This document shows positions 23,382 to 24,000 of a stretch of DNA of 24,000 nt, piece by piece. The position numbers and the translations under genes were made by a program. The DNA comes from an uncultured Candidatus Saccharibacteria bacterium (GTDB lineage Bacteria; Patescibacteriota; Minisyncoccia; Phycocordibacterales; Phycocordibacteraceae), in assembly GCA_964415875.1 (NCBI GenBank), contig CAYQCB010000011.1:1-24000 (forward strand). Direction: 5' to 3'. Numbering within the stretch: position 1 is the stretch's first letter; the number at the start of each line of letters is the position of its first letter. The notes under the pieces were generated by a model that saw only the letters and a list, made by a program, of their open reading frames with translations, did no database searches and was not told where the DNA came from.

Positions 23382-24000
23382 TTACCGCACAAAACGCACG
23401 TAGATGCCGGCAGGGACGACTCGTTCCGTGTGAGATTCTTTAATGTGGAGCTCACCGCTCTCTCCCGACACATTGCCGAAGACTGATTCGACTGCTTGAG
23501 CGAAGGCGCGCGAGGCATAGCCCGATGCATAGCCGTTTAGAAGAAAAAACGAGCCAGACTTGTCGCTCAACAGTTTGCGAAGCTCGGTGAGGAGTGGCGA
23601 GAGGTCGTCTTCAATGTGCCAAACCTCGCCCTTTGCACCGCGGCCAAAAGCAGGCGGGTCAAGAATAATGCCGTCGTAGGTTGAGTTGCGCCGAACTTCG
23701 CGTTTTACAAACGCAAGTGCGTCGTCGAGCATCCAGCGAATGCCGTCTGCGGGCACATTTGAAAGGTTTGCGTTCTCGTGTGCCCAGTCGAGGGACTGCT
23801 TCGAGGCGTCGACGTGAGTCACAAATGCGCCGGAGAGTGCAGCTGTGACGCTGGCCGCGCCAGTGTAGCCAAAAAGATTCAGAACGCTTGGTTTCGAAAG
23901 GGGGGCAATGGTCTCGCGTACCCACTGCCAGTTTGGTGCCTGTTCAGGGAACAGTCCGGTGTGTTTAAAACTCGTGAGGCGGGCGAGAAATGTCGCGTCA
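23382..24000 (-). CDS. Class I SAM-dependent RNA methyltransferase (RlmI/PF10672-like), 5'-truncated by the window edge
   Basis: The frame stays open from the track start at 23822 to the edge. It reads FKHTGLFPEQAPNW...VLNLFGYTGAAS (SAM motif I) and then IILDPPAFG (motif IV). Confidence 0.75.
   Translation of the reverse strand, partial: DATFLARLTSFKHTGLFPEQAPNWQWVRETIAPLSKPSVLNLFGYTGAASVTAALSGAFVTHVDASKQSLDWAHENANLSNVPADGIRWMLDDALAFVKREVRRNSTYDGIILDPPAFGRGAKGEVWHIEDDLSPLLTELRKLLSDKSGSFFLLNGYASGYASRAFAQAVESVFGNVSGESGELHIKESHTERVVPAGIYVRFVR

Overview
The window looks like a streamlined chromosome from an uncultivated, possibly CPR/Patescibacteria-like bacterium (inference only). The backbone carries housekeeping genes: a DUF192 protein, class II ribonucleotide reductase, RNase P RNA, an O-antigen-ligase-like TPR membrane protein, murJ, lepA, an FtsB-like protein, a glutaredoxin-like protein, DoxX, hsp20, prsW, valS, tsaD, orn, a DHH phosphoesterase, an RNA methyltransferase, and tRNA-Gly(CCC), tRNA-Arg(CCU) and tRNA-Phe(GAA). 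Backbone genes mostly lack Shine-Dalgarno sequences and sit behind TATACT/TATTAT -10 boxes. Directly 3' of tRNA-Arg(CCU) lies an island of about 3.8 kb (about 11341-15110) that is GC-richer by eye (not computed). All of its 7-8 small ORFs are on the minus strand, I recognise none of them, most have strong AGGAG(G) ribosome-binding sites, and there is no integrase. The island is unusually rich in RNA-level signals: two tandem near-consensus promoters, a structured leader capped by a terminator, two copies of a 156-180 nt multi-hairpin intergenic element carrying SD-driven 2-4 codon mini-ORFs, several perfect 11-16 bp hairpins, and a complete type III hammerhead ribozyme core 39 nt after the last ORF. 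This island is my candidate for the undescribed system, but its function cannot be assigned from sequence alone. A second oddity is the tRNA-Gly locus, where the intact tRNA is flanked by tRNA half-fragments, strong hairpins and a 9-bp direct repeat.
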